This document shows positions 1 to 14,082 of a stretch of 64,000 bases of DNA, piece by piece. The position numbers and the translations under genes were made by a program. The DNA comes from Eledone cirrhosa (lineage: Eukaryota), in contig OZ024755.1 of the NCBI GenBank assembly GCA_964016885.1, positions 40,238,001-40,302,000 on the forward strand, in the 5' to 3' direction. Within the stretch, counting starts at the first letter, position 1. Each line of letters starts with the position of its first letter. The notes below the pieces were generated by a model, which worked only from the letters and a program-made list of their open reading frames with translations, was not told where the DNA came from and searched no databases.

Positions 1-55
1 CTCCATGCTGCAAAGCATGGCGTCCGACCCTCTACCGATACTGCCAATCCACTAA
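1..55 (-). mobile_element. tRNA-derived SINE head fragment (same family as 50150-50330)
   Basis: ATGCTGCAAAGCATGGCGTCCGACCCTCTACCGATACTGCCAAT nearly identical to 50282-50325; truncated by window edge. Confidence 0.75.
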
Positions 56-120
56 ACGAAAATACAAAATTTACCACTTTTATGAAGGGAGATAAATTCT
101 ATCAACTGTGTTGAAGGAAA

Positions 121-2290
121 TTACGCAAGAGCTTCTGGGTAAACAACATTCTTTATTTCCTGGTTTGGAGCATAGACAAATAAGTCTTGTAAACTACCCA
201 CCCTGGAGCAACCACCATGAGAAAAGTAAGGCTAAATGAAGTGCAAGCCAGTAGATTTCAAAGTCTGACCTTGAGCTTTATTAATAGACATTCCGAAGCA
301 AAGTCACACTGGGAATTATGTTCGTTTGAACCCAAATGACATCTCTGTTGTGGTTTGATTGGAATTCTTGGAATGAAAACATCTTCCCCAGAAGCACATC
401 CAGTGATGATGGTAGCTTCTATCGCATTAGGTGATAATGTTATTACAACCAGCCTTGCCCCATTACATCATTTAGGAGGATCTAAATTTCATAGAAGCAT
501 TATTGGGACTCCTACCTTCAGAAAATGTTTTTGTGGAGGAGTTCCAGGTGGCTCAAGAGAATTAAGGAACTCTGTTGGGTAGTGGACAGCTTGATTTCAT
601 CAAGGACTAAATGAACTGATTTATACTCCTTAATGACTGTTGAAATCTCTTCATTAATTCATGGTTAATCCTTGCTACTGTCTCATTTTTTGGAGCAAGA
701 ATTTCCCTTTCACACAACCATGCATGTGAATTATAATTATTACTGAAGTCTAGAAATTCAGCTGGGTAATTCACCATGATAGCAATATGAGCCAAATCGA
801 CATCACCATTCTCATCAATCGTTACTTTTCCATTTCCTAATTGGAGGACCCATGTTGAAAACTGTTCTGTACACTGATCCCCGTGTAATAAAGCTCGTAT
901 GTTAGCATTTAAGGAGAATTTCTGTATTTTATTCCATAGCTGCGAAGACTTAATACATGCTTTTATTTCATCAGCTCTTGTTCCTCTCGGAATGACTGGT
1001 AATGTCTGCCTGAAGTCTCCTCATAAAACTAATGTAACTCCTCCCATAGATGTATTGTTGCCTCTTATGTCCTGTAAGGTTTTATCAAGAGCGTCCATTG
1101 CACCTCTATGTGACATGGTGCATTCATCCTAAAAGGATCAGATGACATCGGCGAAACACTTCTGCTGAACCTGAACCTTTGCATATGTTACAATTTGGAC
1201 TGTTATTTGTGACCAGATTTAGCCGTAATTTAAAAACAGAATGAGCTGTTTGTCCCCCTGGGAGAAGGGTAGCAGCAATCCCATACGATGCTACAACAAC
1301 TGTAATTCTGTTTTGCTACCTTACCTTGGAGAGAAGCAATGGTGTTACAAATGTTTTACCTGTGACACCAGGAGCAACAAGAAAGAAAATTCCTCCAATG
1401 TTTTCTCTGGTTCACGAAATAATTGTATCATATGCACAGCGTTGTTCTGGAAGAAGTTTAGGTTCATGTTCATTCACAAATGCAGCCAACTCTGTGATGT
1501 CAAAATTTGTCTCCCTTGCTATGTCTCTTGAAGTTAAATCACTAACTTGAAGGTTTATTTTTGACAGTCCAGAGCCAGACTCTTACAAATTTTTGCCTCC
1601 CATGGCCAAAACTTGATCCTCAATTTCAATCAGTGCTTGGTTAAAAAATATTCCAGAGAACTGAATATTGATATCAGGGTTTGCCTGTTGAACTGCATGC
1701 TTTATGTCCTCAGCCATGTCCTCACGATGTTTCATCCAAAGCTGTAAGGGAGTTCCAAGTTGACATATGTTCAGCATAATTGCAAAAAGGTTACAGAGTT
1801 TCCTTTGAGAATCTAACACTGATGCTTCAGTTAATGTCATTCTATAGAGAGACACTCAGATGAATGATGGCTGGGTGCCTCTCATGCATGGAAAATTGAA
1901 GATGCGCCAAAAAGCCTCATTGCTACTGATGTATCCTCGTCATTTTTATTTATCTGCTGATTGCCATTCAGCACATGAGTGTATGTTGCAGCATCTAAAC
2001 CTTTGTTTATATATTTACAAACATACTTAATAGACTTAACAGAGTTGCAGAATTCAACATTGATATGGGCTTTGGAAGTTTTTGTAAGAAGAGGACAGTA
2101 AGGTACAATCCACTGATTGTCAATGATGAATTCTTACCCATTTCTCTTTTTTTTTTCGAAGTGAATCCACCATGCCCAGGTTTTCTTCTCATGTAAAGGT
2201 GGTAGCCACCTTCTCCAGTTTGTGTTTCTTGTACAAAGGGACGTGGGTAGTTCTTGTATTTGTTGTGTGTGTGATACCAGATGTTTTTGT
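121..2290 (-). pseudogene. Decayed Helitron Rep/PIF1-helicase ORF (C-terminal half, multiple frameshifts/stops)
   Basis: Minus-strand translation gives Helitron/PIF1 motifs: YPRPFVQETQTGEGGYHLYMRR, NQWIVPY, AHINVEFCNSVKSIKYVCKYINKG, WLCEREILAPKN, CFGMSINKAQGQT and terminal NVVYPEALA* (stop at 121-123). Confidence 0.9.
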
Positions 2291-2482
2291 CTTGTATTTT
2301 CATTTTTCGGTTTTTATTGAGGGAGAGGGGCGGTCCCCCCCCCCCCCCATTTTCACTTCCAAAAGCCCAGATGTTATAGGCTTGCCCTTTCAGAGGGCGT
2401 TGTATGGCGCCCTGCTGACTCTTTGTAACAAAATATTTCAAATTACATTCAAACAACTTAAGACAACAAACCTTTCGGAGCT

Positions 2483-3410
2483 AATTATAATTTCTTTATT
2501 GGCCACCAGGGCCGACATATAGGGGACAGTAGACATGGACAGTCGAGGCTTACATATACAACGTGTAAAAATAAATAACAATAACAAAATAATAAGAAAA
2601 TACAACAAATTACATTCCCCAATATAAGGGATAGCCACTCAGGGGCGATTCAGGTACTCCACCAATCCTGAACTACCCGACGCTTCGAGGGCTCCTGGGA
2701 AGGGCATCTCAATCCTCCTTAAATTAGCCAACCTACAGGAGTAAGCGCAGAGTAGGCCCATTCACACGGGCCATTCTCGCTACATTCACTTACCTATTAG
2801 CGAATGTACTGGGGCGGGGGGGGGGGCAACACTTCTCTCTCCACCCTCACCTTCCTTTCTAAGTGGAATCTGAAAAAGCCGATGGGGGATTGGCCGAAGA
2901 GAAAAGTGTTTGTCTTTAGTCCTTTAACCTGGTCCACCATACAACGTCTTTCGGTACTGCCACCAGACCGAGGAAAATTGCCTGCCCTTCCCGGTCAAAA
3001 AAAGGCGGCGGGTCAATCTTCACTATGGAGTCGACCAATAGCCGGATCCGTTATACACGCGACAACAGCTGTTCGATATAACTCCACAAGTCAGCAATGT
3101 ACGAACACTGGACGAGTGCGTGCAAAACAGTTTCGTCGTTCTGCGTGCATCTCGAGTAGGTCCGTCTGACAGCACTTCCGTGCCCGTAGTGTTTATTTCG
3201 AATTGGCAAAGCTCATCGGTAGCACTGCCAGGCCAGGTATTTCTGGAAGTTGCCCATGGGCCCTAAAACGAAAGTCCTCTTGAAAAGAGTAACTATTTGA
3301 TTTTCCTCAAATCCCAGATTCTCCGCAAGGATGTCATCGTTATTACCCTCCATTAACCCATTATAAAACGCTAAGTTGGAGTTTCCATCGATTGGCTGAG
3401 GACTGTGACT
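2483..3410 (-). mobile_element. Tx1/L1-like non-LTR retrotransposon, 3' fragment
   Basis: GPMGNFQKYLAWQCYR matches GPMDNFQKSLGWQCY of the 20304-22160 element; downstream CCHC-like region, T-rich 3' UTR and AATAAA (reverse complement at ~2494-2499). Confidence 0.8.
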
Positions 3411-3935
3411 GCTTGAAGACATCATCGCCGGTAAGAGTATCCCGTTAGTAAGAGTATCTTTGTCTGCATATTGTAAGTGGATGTCGGTTTACCATATGAG
3501 AGAGCTAAAACTATGGAAGTTAAGTAGCAAATGTCTAAATCAAGTGCCATATAACATTATAGAGAACTCTGCCATCGACATTGTTTTTCTCTACTTGATA
3601 AATGTCCACTGAGTAAGAAGTAGATACATAAAAGAAATTCATGGAAATATCTTAAGGTGCCTGTAGTCATTGTTTATGGGATTTTATTTAGAAAACGACG
3701 ATATTCATTTCAGTCATATTTCATGGCGAAACTGATAAATTTCAAGAGTAAAACATGACTTTAGAATTTTAATGATAAAATAGTATCAATTGAAATAAAG
3801 GTGGAATGGAAGACCATGGTGATATATCTCAATATACGTTTTCTCTCGGCTATATACAGTCACAGACACAAACACGTAGACACAAACAGACAGACACAGA
3901 TACAAACACACACACACACATACGCACACGTACAC

Positions 3936-5505
3936 TTGTTATACTTCGGGAGGGTCATGTTGCCAATAAGAAACACACGCACCAGTTGCTCTCACTTCAA
4001 TTTATTATAAATTTTATAAATTTTATAAATATAAATTTTATAAATTTTATAAATTACCGGTTGGTTGGTTCCACAACCGGACGGTTGTTCATATATTGTC
4101 AAAGTTCTTTCGTCACACATTATGTGACCTCTTCAGTGACTGGAGATTCTTTTCTTTGTTTTGTGCCTCTCCTTTGTTCTGTCCTACGCCATCTTGTTTT
4201 TGTGTGTGTTGTGCTTAGTTTGCGTTACATCCGTGTGTCTCTGTGTGTGTGTTTTTTTTTGTTTATTTATTTGTTTATCTACATGTTACTAGTTGGTTGT
4301 TTGTTCTATGTGTGTGTTTTCATGTTGTCCTTAATTATAGGTTCTGATGTTGTTATTCCATTCATGTTTTCTATTTAATTTTGGTTGGAGTTCATTTATG
4401 TTTATTGCCTCTGTGATTTGTCTAAACATTGCGTCTTTTCTGTGTGTAGATTCTATTTTTATTTCTATGATCTCTAATTTGCCCTTATGTTCTATTTTAG
4501 CATGTTGGTGGAGTACTGATGAGTCTTTTCTATCTTAGAGTTCTCGCCAGTGTTCATTTAATCGTTCTCCTATGCTACGAGCTGTCTCACCTATGTACCC
4601 TATATTCCTATCTTTACATTGTCCTTCAGTACATCTTATGCTATGTACTAGATTTCTAGTTTTACAGTTAATATGGTGACTTAGCTTACAGATTATGCAT
4701 TTCCTATCTATACAGGGTGTCTTTGAAAAGGGTATGCATAACTAATTAGTGTTTTTATGGAGGTACCTGGTCTTTCCACTATCTTAATATTTAGTTTAAG
4801 TTTATCTAGGGCCCTTCTAAATTTGTAAGCTAGTTCACCTCTAGGGGTTGTATTGGTGAACATTACACTCTGTTATTTATTGCTATCATACCATGAGTTT
4901 ATTTTATTAACCTTATTCCTACTTCTTTCTATTCTATTTCAAAATTTGCTCCTATACAAGGGGCAGGTCCCATTTGTATCATTATTTACCATTTTTTTCC
5001 CATTTGGTTCTGGCTCCTCTATACACTCTGATTCTATCTCTCTGATTGTAGCCAGAGAACTGTATACGGTGGATGAAGTGTTGTATGTGTCTCTCTAGTT
5101 CTTTGGGGTTGCACATGCGGGACACGTTCCTCATCACTCTTACTAACCATAGTAGTAAAAACACCCCCTCTAGAGAACAATCAGGTATTAGAGAAAAACA
5201 CCATGGAAAGCATCCAGCAAATAGCTAACTCCATCCACCAGAGTATTAGGGTTACTATAGACTACCCAAGCAAACACCCCAACCATCGATTACCTGCACT
5301 AGACACAGAGCTCTGGTTAGAAACCATTAATAACAAAAAACAAATCCTCCATTCCCATTATGCCAAACCCATGACTTCCAAATAACTGATCCACCGAAAC
5401 TCAGCTGCTTCGGATCACACCAAAACCAACATACTGATTGCGGATTTGGTACGGGTGATGAGGAACGTGTCCCGCATGTGCAACCCCAAAGAATTAGAGA
5501 GACAA
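3936..5505. mobile_element. Penelope-like element (family A) with internal inversion: pLTR + GIY-YIG on minus (3936-5150), RT thumb fragment on plus (5160-5505)
   Basis: Minus: CIDRKCIICK...CKTRNLVHSIRCTEGQC...YIGETA (GIY-YIG). Plus: [38 protein letters not shown], homologous to the 56316-57660 ORF. A ~50 bp segment is duplicated in inverted orientation (5088-5137 vs 5456-5504). Confidence 0.88.
4098..4140 (-). ncRNA. Minimal type I hammerhead ribozyme in Penelope pLTR (family A)
   Basis: Reverse complement: gtca CTGAAGA g gtcaca taatg tgtgac GAAA gaac TT tgac; stem I gtca/tgac, stem II gtcaca/tgtgac. Confidence 0.75.
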
Positions 5506-6269
5506 TTTAAATTCTAGGCTTAATCATAACTATTAACTTTATCATGCCTCCTTCTACTAGCACTTGACTAAATCCCCCACCAGTGTGAATAACTAGTAAT
5601 CGTTTGGTATATACGATGGCCAACAGGCGGTAGCGGACTTCCCGGTGACGGACCCGACGCTTAAGACAGTTACGTTCCTGGAGTGCTCGGAAAAATGAAT
5701 TTCCATTTCTTTCGCTAGACGATAATACTCGGAACGGCTGACACGTCGTTGGGTCAGGACTGGCCGAGGGTCCGCAGTCGTCGCTGGTCATTGACCGCTA
5801 GGCATAGGCATAATCTTTACTCTATATTCTACCCTGAAACTTTATCGTGACTATCTATAATACACTTAAACTTTTTTTATAAAAGCCTCCTTCTGTAAAT
5901 TCTTTAACTAAATCTCACAACCCTAAACCTAAACCTTATCTTTCCAATTTCATCTTCTAACTTTAAACATAAATTTAACGTTTCTAATTGTTAATTGAAA
6001 TTTCTGTCCATACATTATACCACACAGACGCCCACTAAATATTTCTTGAAGATATATGTTCTTTGAAAAAACATTTTTCGCGGGCGGCACTTTCTAGCAC
6101 GCATAACCATCTTGATTGTGCAGGACCTCAACACTGGCCTCTTTCTTTTCTTTTCTTTGTCAGGGAGGTAGTAGTACACTATAAGCCTGCATCCCTTCAC
6201 CAGATGGTCATAAGTAGGCTTAATAATCAACACTTGGGGGCGGCCGACCGAGGTAGAAGCTGCTAAGGG

Positions 6270-6641
6270 TTCGGTCGCCCTCATGTCTCTGATTTTCAGC
6301 CCCATGGATTTTGTCTATTATATTCCTTTGTTATTTTCTGAATACCTGATGATGTCACCGGAGTCATACTGAACCCGGTCATTGAGATGATCATAGAATA
6401 ATAAACTTTTCAAGGAATTTACACCAGCCCAGCCTCCTGTGATTTTATAATAATTAACTCCGTACTCGCACCACCAACTACACAAACGAAGACGGGTGAG
6501 TTGCATTACGTTGAGTGCTCTCCATAATATTACATCGAAGTTGACCATACGGAATTACCAGTTCTATCCAGTGGTGAACCAACAAACCTAAATAATATAT
6601 AAATATATATGTTGAGCTCTGGCGTCGGGGTTAAACATTTT

Positions 6642-6645
<4 letters not shown>
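6270..6645 (+). mobile_element. ORF-less pLTR-like unit with degenerate hammerhead (6341-6399); homologous to 10195-10560
   Basis: atac CTGATGA tgtcaccgg...ccggtcatt GAGA tgatca TA gaat (GAAA mutated to GAGA); ~350 bp alignable with the reverse complement of 10195-10560; ends in (TA)n. Confidence 0.7.
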
Positions 6646-6697
<52 letters not shown>

Positions 6698-6811
6698 GGA
6701 ATATGGAAAAAATAAAATTTCATTTCTCACTCTTAGTACGGCTGATACTTAAATGTAAGTATGTATACGTACATACATATATGTATACAGACGTATAGTA
6801 GTATGTATATG

Positions 6812-6950
<139 letters not shown>

Positions 6951-7581
6951 GAGGTGAGTTTTATTGTAGTACAATAAAGCAATGCAGATATCGGATAAGA
7001 AGCACTCTACAGTTTGTAGGACTGGAGTATACATAATATATAAGATCAAAAGATGGTTAAAAGAGTTCCATGTTTGTTAAATATTTTACTATAGATATGT
7101 GAGGGAGGGAAGCATTTATTTAAGGCACTAAAGAATAATTTAGGAATATTGTTATTAATAGAGATGGAGAAAGGAGTATTATACCAGATTATATTTTTGT
7201 ATCTAGGTCTTTTATTAAAGTTATTGGAATGATCATGATTAATTATTCTACTGTAAGATCTTCTAGAATTTGTTTCTTTACTATATTTGATTTTATCGGG
7301 ATAGCCGGCTTTAGAAAGCGCGTTATTATAGTAATTGGCGTTAGCATCAAAGATGTTTTTATTAGAAGATAGGTTAGATATTCTTTTTCCAATATTACTA
7401 ACTATAGCATTCTTAATATTAGTGGGGTGGTTAGATTTAAAATTAACATAATTTAGGTTCTTATTGTTTTTATGGTAAGGGTAATATAGGCCAGTGTCAA
7501 GATTAAGAGATACAACCAAGAAATTAGCTAGTAGAATAGTAGAATAATTAATCATAATAATTAATAGTAGAATAATTAATC

Positions 7582-8502
7582 ATGATCAGTAGAATAATTA
7601 ATCATTATCATTCCAATAACTTTAATAAAAGACCTAGATACAAAAACATAATCTGGTATAATGCTCCTTTCTCCATCTCTATTAACAATAATATTCCTAA
7701 ATTATTCTTTAGTGCCTTAAATAAATGCTTCCCTCCCTCACATATCTATAGTAAAATATTTAACAAACACACTATAACATTTTCCTATTCGACCTCCTCC
7801 AACATTTCCAACATTATCTCTAAACACAACAATAAAATACTAAATACTAAATCTCTTCCTTCCAACACTGAATATCATAATAATAGTAATAGTACTCCCG
7901 ACGTTATTGTAAACTCTAGGCTAATTTCTGCAAACCCAAATACAACGTCAAACACAACTTCGCTAAATCAAGAAACTATTATTCCTATTGTAAATAACTT
8001 CTCCAATCCAATTCCTTCTATAGATAACACTATGTCACTCGTTAATAACTCTGCTAATCTCTCTAATCGCAATTGCAATTGCCCTGTTAAAAATAAATGT
8101 CCTCTCAACAACCATTGTCTTGAAAAAAACTTAATCTACGAATGTAAAGTTATAACTGACACCAATTCCTTCACCTATTTTTGCTCCACTTCCACCTCCT
8201 TTAAAGCTCGTCTTTATAATCATCATTCGTCTTTTAAATACCAACTTAAAAGAACCAACACGGCACTCTCAGAACTCACATGGTCCTTGAAAGACAAAAA
8301 TATTAAATGTAACATCTCTTGGAAAAAAGTTTCTTCTGCTTCTCCATACTTTAACAGTTCTCTATCCAAGACTTGCAATCTCTGTTTAAATGAAAAATTT
8401 ACCATTATATCTAATTTAGATTCTATAATAAATAGACGCACTGACTTGTTTTCTCTCTGCTTGCATAAATTCCACAGAACATTCCATAAAGTATACAGCT
8501 AA
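7582..8502 (+). pseudogene. Penelope ORF C-terminal fragment (linker + GIY-YIG endonuclease)
   Basis: 306-aa ORF with NLIYECKV...FTYFCSTSTSFKARLYNH; no RT core upstream (truncated). Confidence 0.8.
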
Positions 8503-8944
8503 TATCTAATACTTTTTCAATTTAAAATCCTTTTCTCAAAGGCACATATATATATATATACTTCTTTAAAAATATACCCATCTTTCTACCTTATTTCAAA
8601 GTTATTTATTATACATTATATAATACTAGTTACTCATTCTATATCACTCCTATTTATCACTTCCCTTTCTTCCTTTTCCTTTTCTTTTCCTTTTTCTTTT
8701 AATTTCTAACCCCTAATCTGTACCTTTTCTCTTTGTGCCTAACATAGAAACAATTATTACACAGTACAATATATTCTTACTTTATATCACCTTGAAAAAA
8801 ATCCTTCGTAAACATAAACATTTTTTTGACGTTAGATTATTCATCCTCAATTCATTATTTTTCTCCCTTTCATCTAACTTATTCATCCTATCTTCTACTT
8901 CTTTCACAATATATCCTTACTTACATTACTATTGCTTTTTTTAA

Positions 8945-9178
8945 TAATACATATCAACATTTTCTTTCCATCGCACATATTATTAAACCCTTAAATATTA
9001 TTCTTAATACATATCAACATTTTCTTTCCATCGCACATATTATTAAACCCTTAAATATTATTCTTAATACATATTAACATTTTCTTTCCATCGCACATAT
9101 TATTAAACCCTTAAATATTATTCTTAATACATATTAACAATTTCTTTTCATCGCACATATTATTAAACCCTTCAATAT
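8945..9178. repeat. 60-bp tandem repeat, ~4 copies, in Penelope 3' UTR
   Basis: TAATACATATYAACATTTTCTTTCCATCGCACATATTATTAAACCCTTAAATATTATTCT repeats at a 60-bp period. Confidence 0.9.
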
Positions 9179-9550
9179 ACAAACCTTAACTTAACATAAT
9201 TTTTCTCTTCGTTAATTTTCAAATTATTTTAATTTATATATTATCTTCCAACGGTTTTTCAACCTCTCTATGTAAAACAATATATTTTTCTCAGTCATAA
9301 AAGCTATCTCTCTCTCTCTCTCTCTCTATCACCCATCTCTCCTCCTATCTCATCCTTCCTCATTATACTCCTCCCCCTCCACTTTTTACTCTCATCTCCT
9401 CCTCTTTATCATCCTTTCCACCCCCACCCCCACCCCCTCAAAAAATCTTTTTTTCCCAATATCACACATCAATCTAAAACTACTTTTCATATGTTGATTT
9501 AAAACTGCACTATTCACAAGTGTTTTTTAACCTTCATATCATGTCTTCCT

Positions 9551-9619
9551 ATTTTATCTCATGAAAACACAAATGTTATTGCATGATGATATTTGTTTTT
9601 GATATACGCATAATAAAAT
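9551..9619 (+). ncRNA. Degenerate hammerhead ribozyme in pLTR of the 6946-9660 Penelope
   Basis: attttat CTCATGA ...acaaatgttatt gcat gatgatatttgt... GATA tacgca TA ataaaat: perfect 7-bp stem I, 12-bp stem II, two core substitutions. Confidence 0.6.
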
Positions 9620-9669
9620 ACATGGAACTCTTTTAACCATCTTTTGATCTTATATATTATATATATATA

Positions 9670-10080
9670 TATGTACGTATGGGTTTACCGAACATTTATT
9701 ATAATGTTCTGTTTGTTTGTAAACAAACAGCCCGAATTACGCCGTACAGTGTTCAGGCAACCATCGTCACCTTTTTGTTCAACACTGACACAGGAACGAT
9801 GTACTAGTTTCAAGCTTATTAGCTATCGTCAGCATCGTATACCTTTCTCTCAAATGGTTGAACGTCTGAAAGTATATACTTTCCTTATGCATATTAACGG
9901 CTGAGAAGCCTAATTTGCATATCGAGTCAGTTAGTCGGCCGGGCGCAAACAAACCGAGCATTATAATAAATGTTCGGTAAACCCATACGTACATATATAT
10001 ATGTGTGCATGTATGTATAAATATACATACTACTGTACGTCTGTATACATATATGTATGTACGTATACATACATACTTAC

Positions 10081-10085
<5 letters not shown>
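9670..10085. mobile_element. ORF-less hammerhead-bearing repeat (family H4), inverted arrangement
   Basis: Homologous to 40095-40645, 61757-62420, 62470-62875 and tail 6700-6830; 9670-9710 is inverted relative to 9958-10000. Confidence 0.8.
9796..9838 (-). ncRNA. Minimal type I hammerhead ribozyme, intact core (family H4)
   Basis: Reverse complement: acgatg CTGACGA t agct aata agct t GAAA ctag TA catcgt; 6-bp stem I, palindromic stem III (ACTAGT). Confidence 0.88.
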
Positions 10086-10174
<89 letters not shown>

Positions 10175-10415
10175 ATTTTATTTGTTGACATAAATATATA
10201 TATATATATAAATATATATATACATGTAGGTCTGTTGGTTCACCACTGGATAGAACTAGTCATTCCGTATAGTCAACCTTGATGTAATATTATGGAGACC
10301 ACTCAACGTAATGCAACTCACCCGTCTTCGTTTGTGTAGTTGGTGGTGCGAGTACGGAATTAATTATTATAAAATCACAGGAGGCTGGAGTGGTGTAATT
10401 CCTTAAAGGTTTATT

Positions 10416-10474
10416 ATACTATGATCATTTCAATGACCGGGTTCAGTATGAATCCGGTGACATCATCAGGTATT
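10416..10474 (-). ncRNA. Type I hammerhead ribozyme, intact core, within pLTR-like unit 10195-10560
   Basis: Reverse complement: atac CTGATGA tgtcaccgg attcatactgaac ccggtcatt GAAA tgatca TA gtat; palindromic stem III ATGATCAT. Confidence 0.8.
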
Positions 10475-10583
10475 CCGAAATTTAACAAAGGAATATAATA
10501 GACACAAGCCAAGGAGCTGAAAATCAGAGAGAGATGCCCAAGACGAGAAGGCCGCCAAAAATTAGCAGTTGCTAGTCCGGGTG

Positions 10584-10645
<62 letters not shown>

Positions 10646-10699
10646 TAAAGAGATTAATTCTAATGAACAAATTATTGTGAACTAGTCTGGTATTGTTTG

Positions 10700-11300
10700 G
10701 GGGAAACAGTACAATGCGCCAGCTTCAGCATTCGGTCATCAGAAGTAGTGATATAGGTTTAGTAGCCAAACTGGTTATCATCAGTTTGGTATCCAGGCCA
10801 AACCCTATCTGTTGTCATGAATCATGGGTAATGACCGAAAGAATACGATCGCGAATATACGCGGCCATTAAATATACACGCGGCCATTAATAAATTCTTT
10901 AGTGTAACGTTACTCGATTACGTGCGTATCTCGAAGATCAGAGAGTCACTCCAGATAGAGCCTCTACTTCTCCGAATTGGAAGATCACAACTCCGATACT
11001 ATGGATATGTGATTAGAATGTCTCAGGAAAGAATCGCTGGATAGATTTATAGCTTGGAGTTCAGAGTCATTCCAGGTAGAGTTGTTACTTCTCCGAATTA
11101 GAAGATCACAGGTCTGATACTACAGACACGTGGTGAGATTGTCTCAGGAAATAATCGCTGGACAGATTTTACGGACAAAACCAACCGGTAGGTCACCCAG
11201 CGGTAGACGCCAAGCAAGATGGTTGTATGACATCCATGGGCTCAGCTGGTCTCGCTTGGGGATACAACAGGAGGAATTGGAGATGATTGCTTTTCTAGAA
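10700..11300 (+). mobile_element. RTE-clade LINE 3' fragment with internal ~120-bp tandem duplication
   Basis: HESWVMTERIRSRI, LLLRI.RSQLRYYGYVIRMSQE, KPTGRSPSGRRQARWLYDI (RTE C-terminal motif); 10940-11050 duplicated at 11060-11170. Confidence 0.75.
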
Positions 11301-11946
11301 TTCATTTTTTTCTTAATATTTTAAGCGTTTTCAGACAGAGAACTCCAACGTTTCTTACCTTGCTAAACGTTCTTTGGCACTCTATACTTTGTTAACGTGA
11401 AAATGGTTCTTCATTTAGATGAAACAAACTTTGTTTTAATTTTACCGGGACCGGCAAAGTAGCCTATGACAGGATCCACTGGGAGTAGTGTTTAAGGTCA
11501 GTGTCCCCACCCCCTCTCTACCACAATAGACAATTGAATTCATGCAACTCGTCTGATGTTTACGACAGGTCTTAATCTCGTCAGGAGTATAGCTTCTTTA
11601 ATATGCAAACTTCTGATGTTTCGTTCGATTGTCCTTCTAGTAACTTTGATATATTTGGTGTAACATTTCGGTGGTAGTTTTTCAACTCAAGAAGTATTTA
11701 TGTGGGGCAATGTTCTTCAAACTGTATATTTAGTTTGTGGGCAGTGCTTCCAATGTATGAGTATTTTACAGACACGTGTAGACAACGTAATTCTTAGGGA
11801 GATCCAGCCACGGAGAAGATTGTAACGCAGTAATATAACTTGAACTTGTTAACCACCCTGCAACACCACGTCCACAATTATAGGAAGTGTTTCATGTGTG
11901 TTACTGCTTATTGGCTTTTCATGAGAGGGTAAGGATCTTTGTGCCC

Positions 11947-13432
11947 CACCACCACCACCACCACCTATACCACTACCACAACCTACACCTCCACCACTAC
12001 CACCATCATCACCACCACCTACTCCACCACAACCTACTCCACCACCACCACCTCCACGACCACTGCTACCAACACATACACCACTACAACTGCTACCAAT
12101 ACATATACCACCACCACCACCACCACCACCACCAAAGCCTACACCTACACCACCACCACCTCCACTACCACTGCTACTATCGCATACACCACTACCACCA
12201 CCACCACCACTACCAACACATACACCACCACCTCCACTACAACTGTTACCTACACATACACCACAACCAGCACCACCACTGCTACCTACATATACACCAC
12301 CACCACCACCACCACCTCCACCTCCACTACAACTGCTACCTACATATACACCACAACCAGCACCACCACTGCTACCTACATATACACCACCACCACCACC
12401 ACCTCCACCTCCACTACAACTGCTACCTACATATACACCACAACCAGCACCACCACTGCTACCTACATATACACCACCACCACCACCACCTCCACCTCCA
12501 CTACAACTGCTACCTACATATACACCACAACCAGCACCACCACTGCTACCTACATATACACCACCACCACCACCACCTCCACCTCCACCACCACCTCCAC
12601 TACAACTGCTACCTACATATACACCACAACCAGCACCACCACTGCTACCTACATATACACCACCACCACCACCACCTCCACCTCCACTACAACTGCTACC
12701 TACATATACACCACAACCAGCACCACCACTGCTACCTACATATACACCACCACCACCACCACCTCCACCTCCACTACAACTGCTACCTACATATACACCA
12801 CAACCAGCACCACCACTGCTACCTACATATACACCACCACCACCACCTCCACCTCCACTACAACTGCTACCTACATATACACCACAACCAGCACCACCAC
12901 TGCTACCTACATATACACCACCACCACCACCACCACCACCACCACCTCCACTACAACTGCTACCTACATATACACCACAACCAGCACCACCACTGCTACC
13001 TACATATACACCACCACCACCACCACCACCACCACCACTACAACTGCTACCTACATATACACCACAACCAGCACCACCACTGCTACCTACATATACACCA
13101 CCACCACCACCACCACCACCACCACTACAACTGCTACCTACATATACACCACAACCAGCACCACCACTGCTACCTACATATACACCACCACCACCACCAC
13201 CTCCACCTCCACTACAACTGCTACCTACATATACACCACAACCAGCACCACCACTGCTACCTACATATACACCACCACCACCACCACCACCACCACCACC
13301 TCCACTACAACTGCTACCTACATATACACCACAACCAGCACCACCACTGCTACCTACATATACACCACCACCACCACCACCACCACCACCACCTCCACTA
13401 CAACTGCTACCTACATATACACCACAACCACT
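11947..13432. repeat. (CAC/ACC)-derived compound minisatellite
   Basis: Recurring CACTACAACTGCTACCTACATATACACCACAACCAGCACCACCACTGCTACCTACATATACACCACC(ACC)n units with variable ACC runs. Confidence 0.92.
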
Positions 13433-13450
13433 AGTTTCTTGGTCAGTGTC

Positions 13451-13870
13451 TAAGTCTCAGACCCATACAGCAGCACAGACTCCACTACAGCAATGAAGAG
13501 ACAGATCTTCAGGTCTTTACGAAGGTCCAACTTCCACACCGATCTCAAGCTGTGGCACGCCGCCCAGGCATTACTCTTCCTCTCAACCACATCATCCTCC
13601 GCATTCCCAATCTTTGCTCCCAAATACAGGAAGTCCTCAACCAACTCTAGCGGCTTCCCGCCTACATTAGTAATTTTCTCTGGCTTCTTAATATTCTCTA
13701 CCAGATATTTTGTCTTAATCTCACTCATTCTCAGCCCCAACCTCATCGACACAGTCTCCACCTCCTGCATTAAATCCCCTGCCTCCTTCACTGTATTTGT
13801 CACCAAAACTATGTCGTCAGCAAATTCAGCATCTGACATCGTTTTAGCCTTAACTCTCCTACTCTGAGCC
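13451..13870 (-). mobile_element. RTE-clade LINE RT fragment
   Basis: DAEFADDIVL...LGLRMSEIKTKYL...DFLYLGA...KICLFIAVVESVLLYGSET. Confidence 0.88.
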
Positions 13871-13898
13871 GGTGTTACAGTAAAGCCATATATATACA

Positions 13899-13975
<77 letters not shown>

Positions 13976-14082
13976 GTGTGTGTGTGTGTGTGCTGCCGAA
14001 TATTTCGCATTTAGATTTCACTTTACGGTTTCAATTAAGAGAAGTGTGAGCTCCTGTCTAGGATACAGAAGTTTGTGTGAAC

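Noticed and set aside
11550-11630. CTGATG motifs as hammerheads
   Set aside because: CTGATGT rather than CTGATGA, with no stem I, GAAA or stem III arrangement.
11887-13453. Thr-rich mucin-like or His-rich ORFs
   Set aside because: Product of a (CAC)n-derived minisatellite; non-ATG start for the Thr frame, no flanking domain, abuts an RTE fragment.
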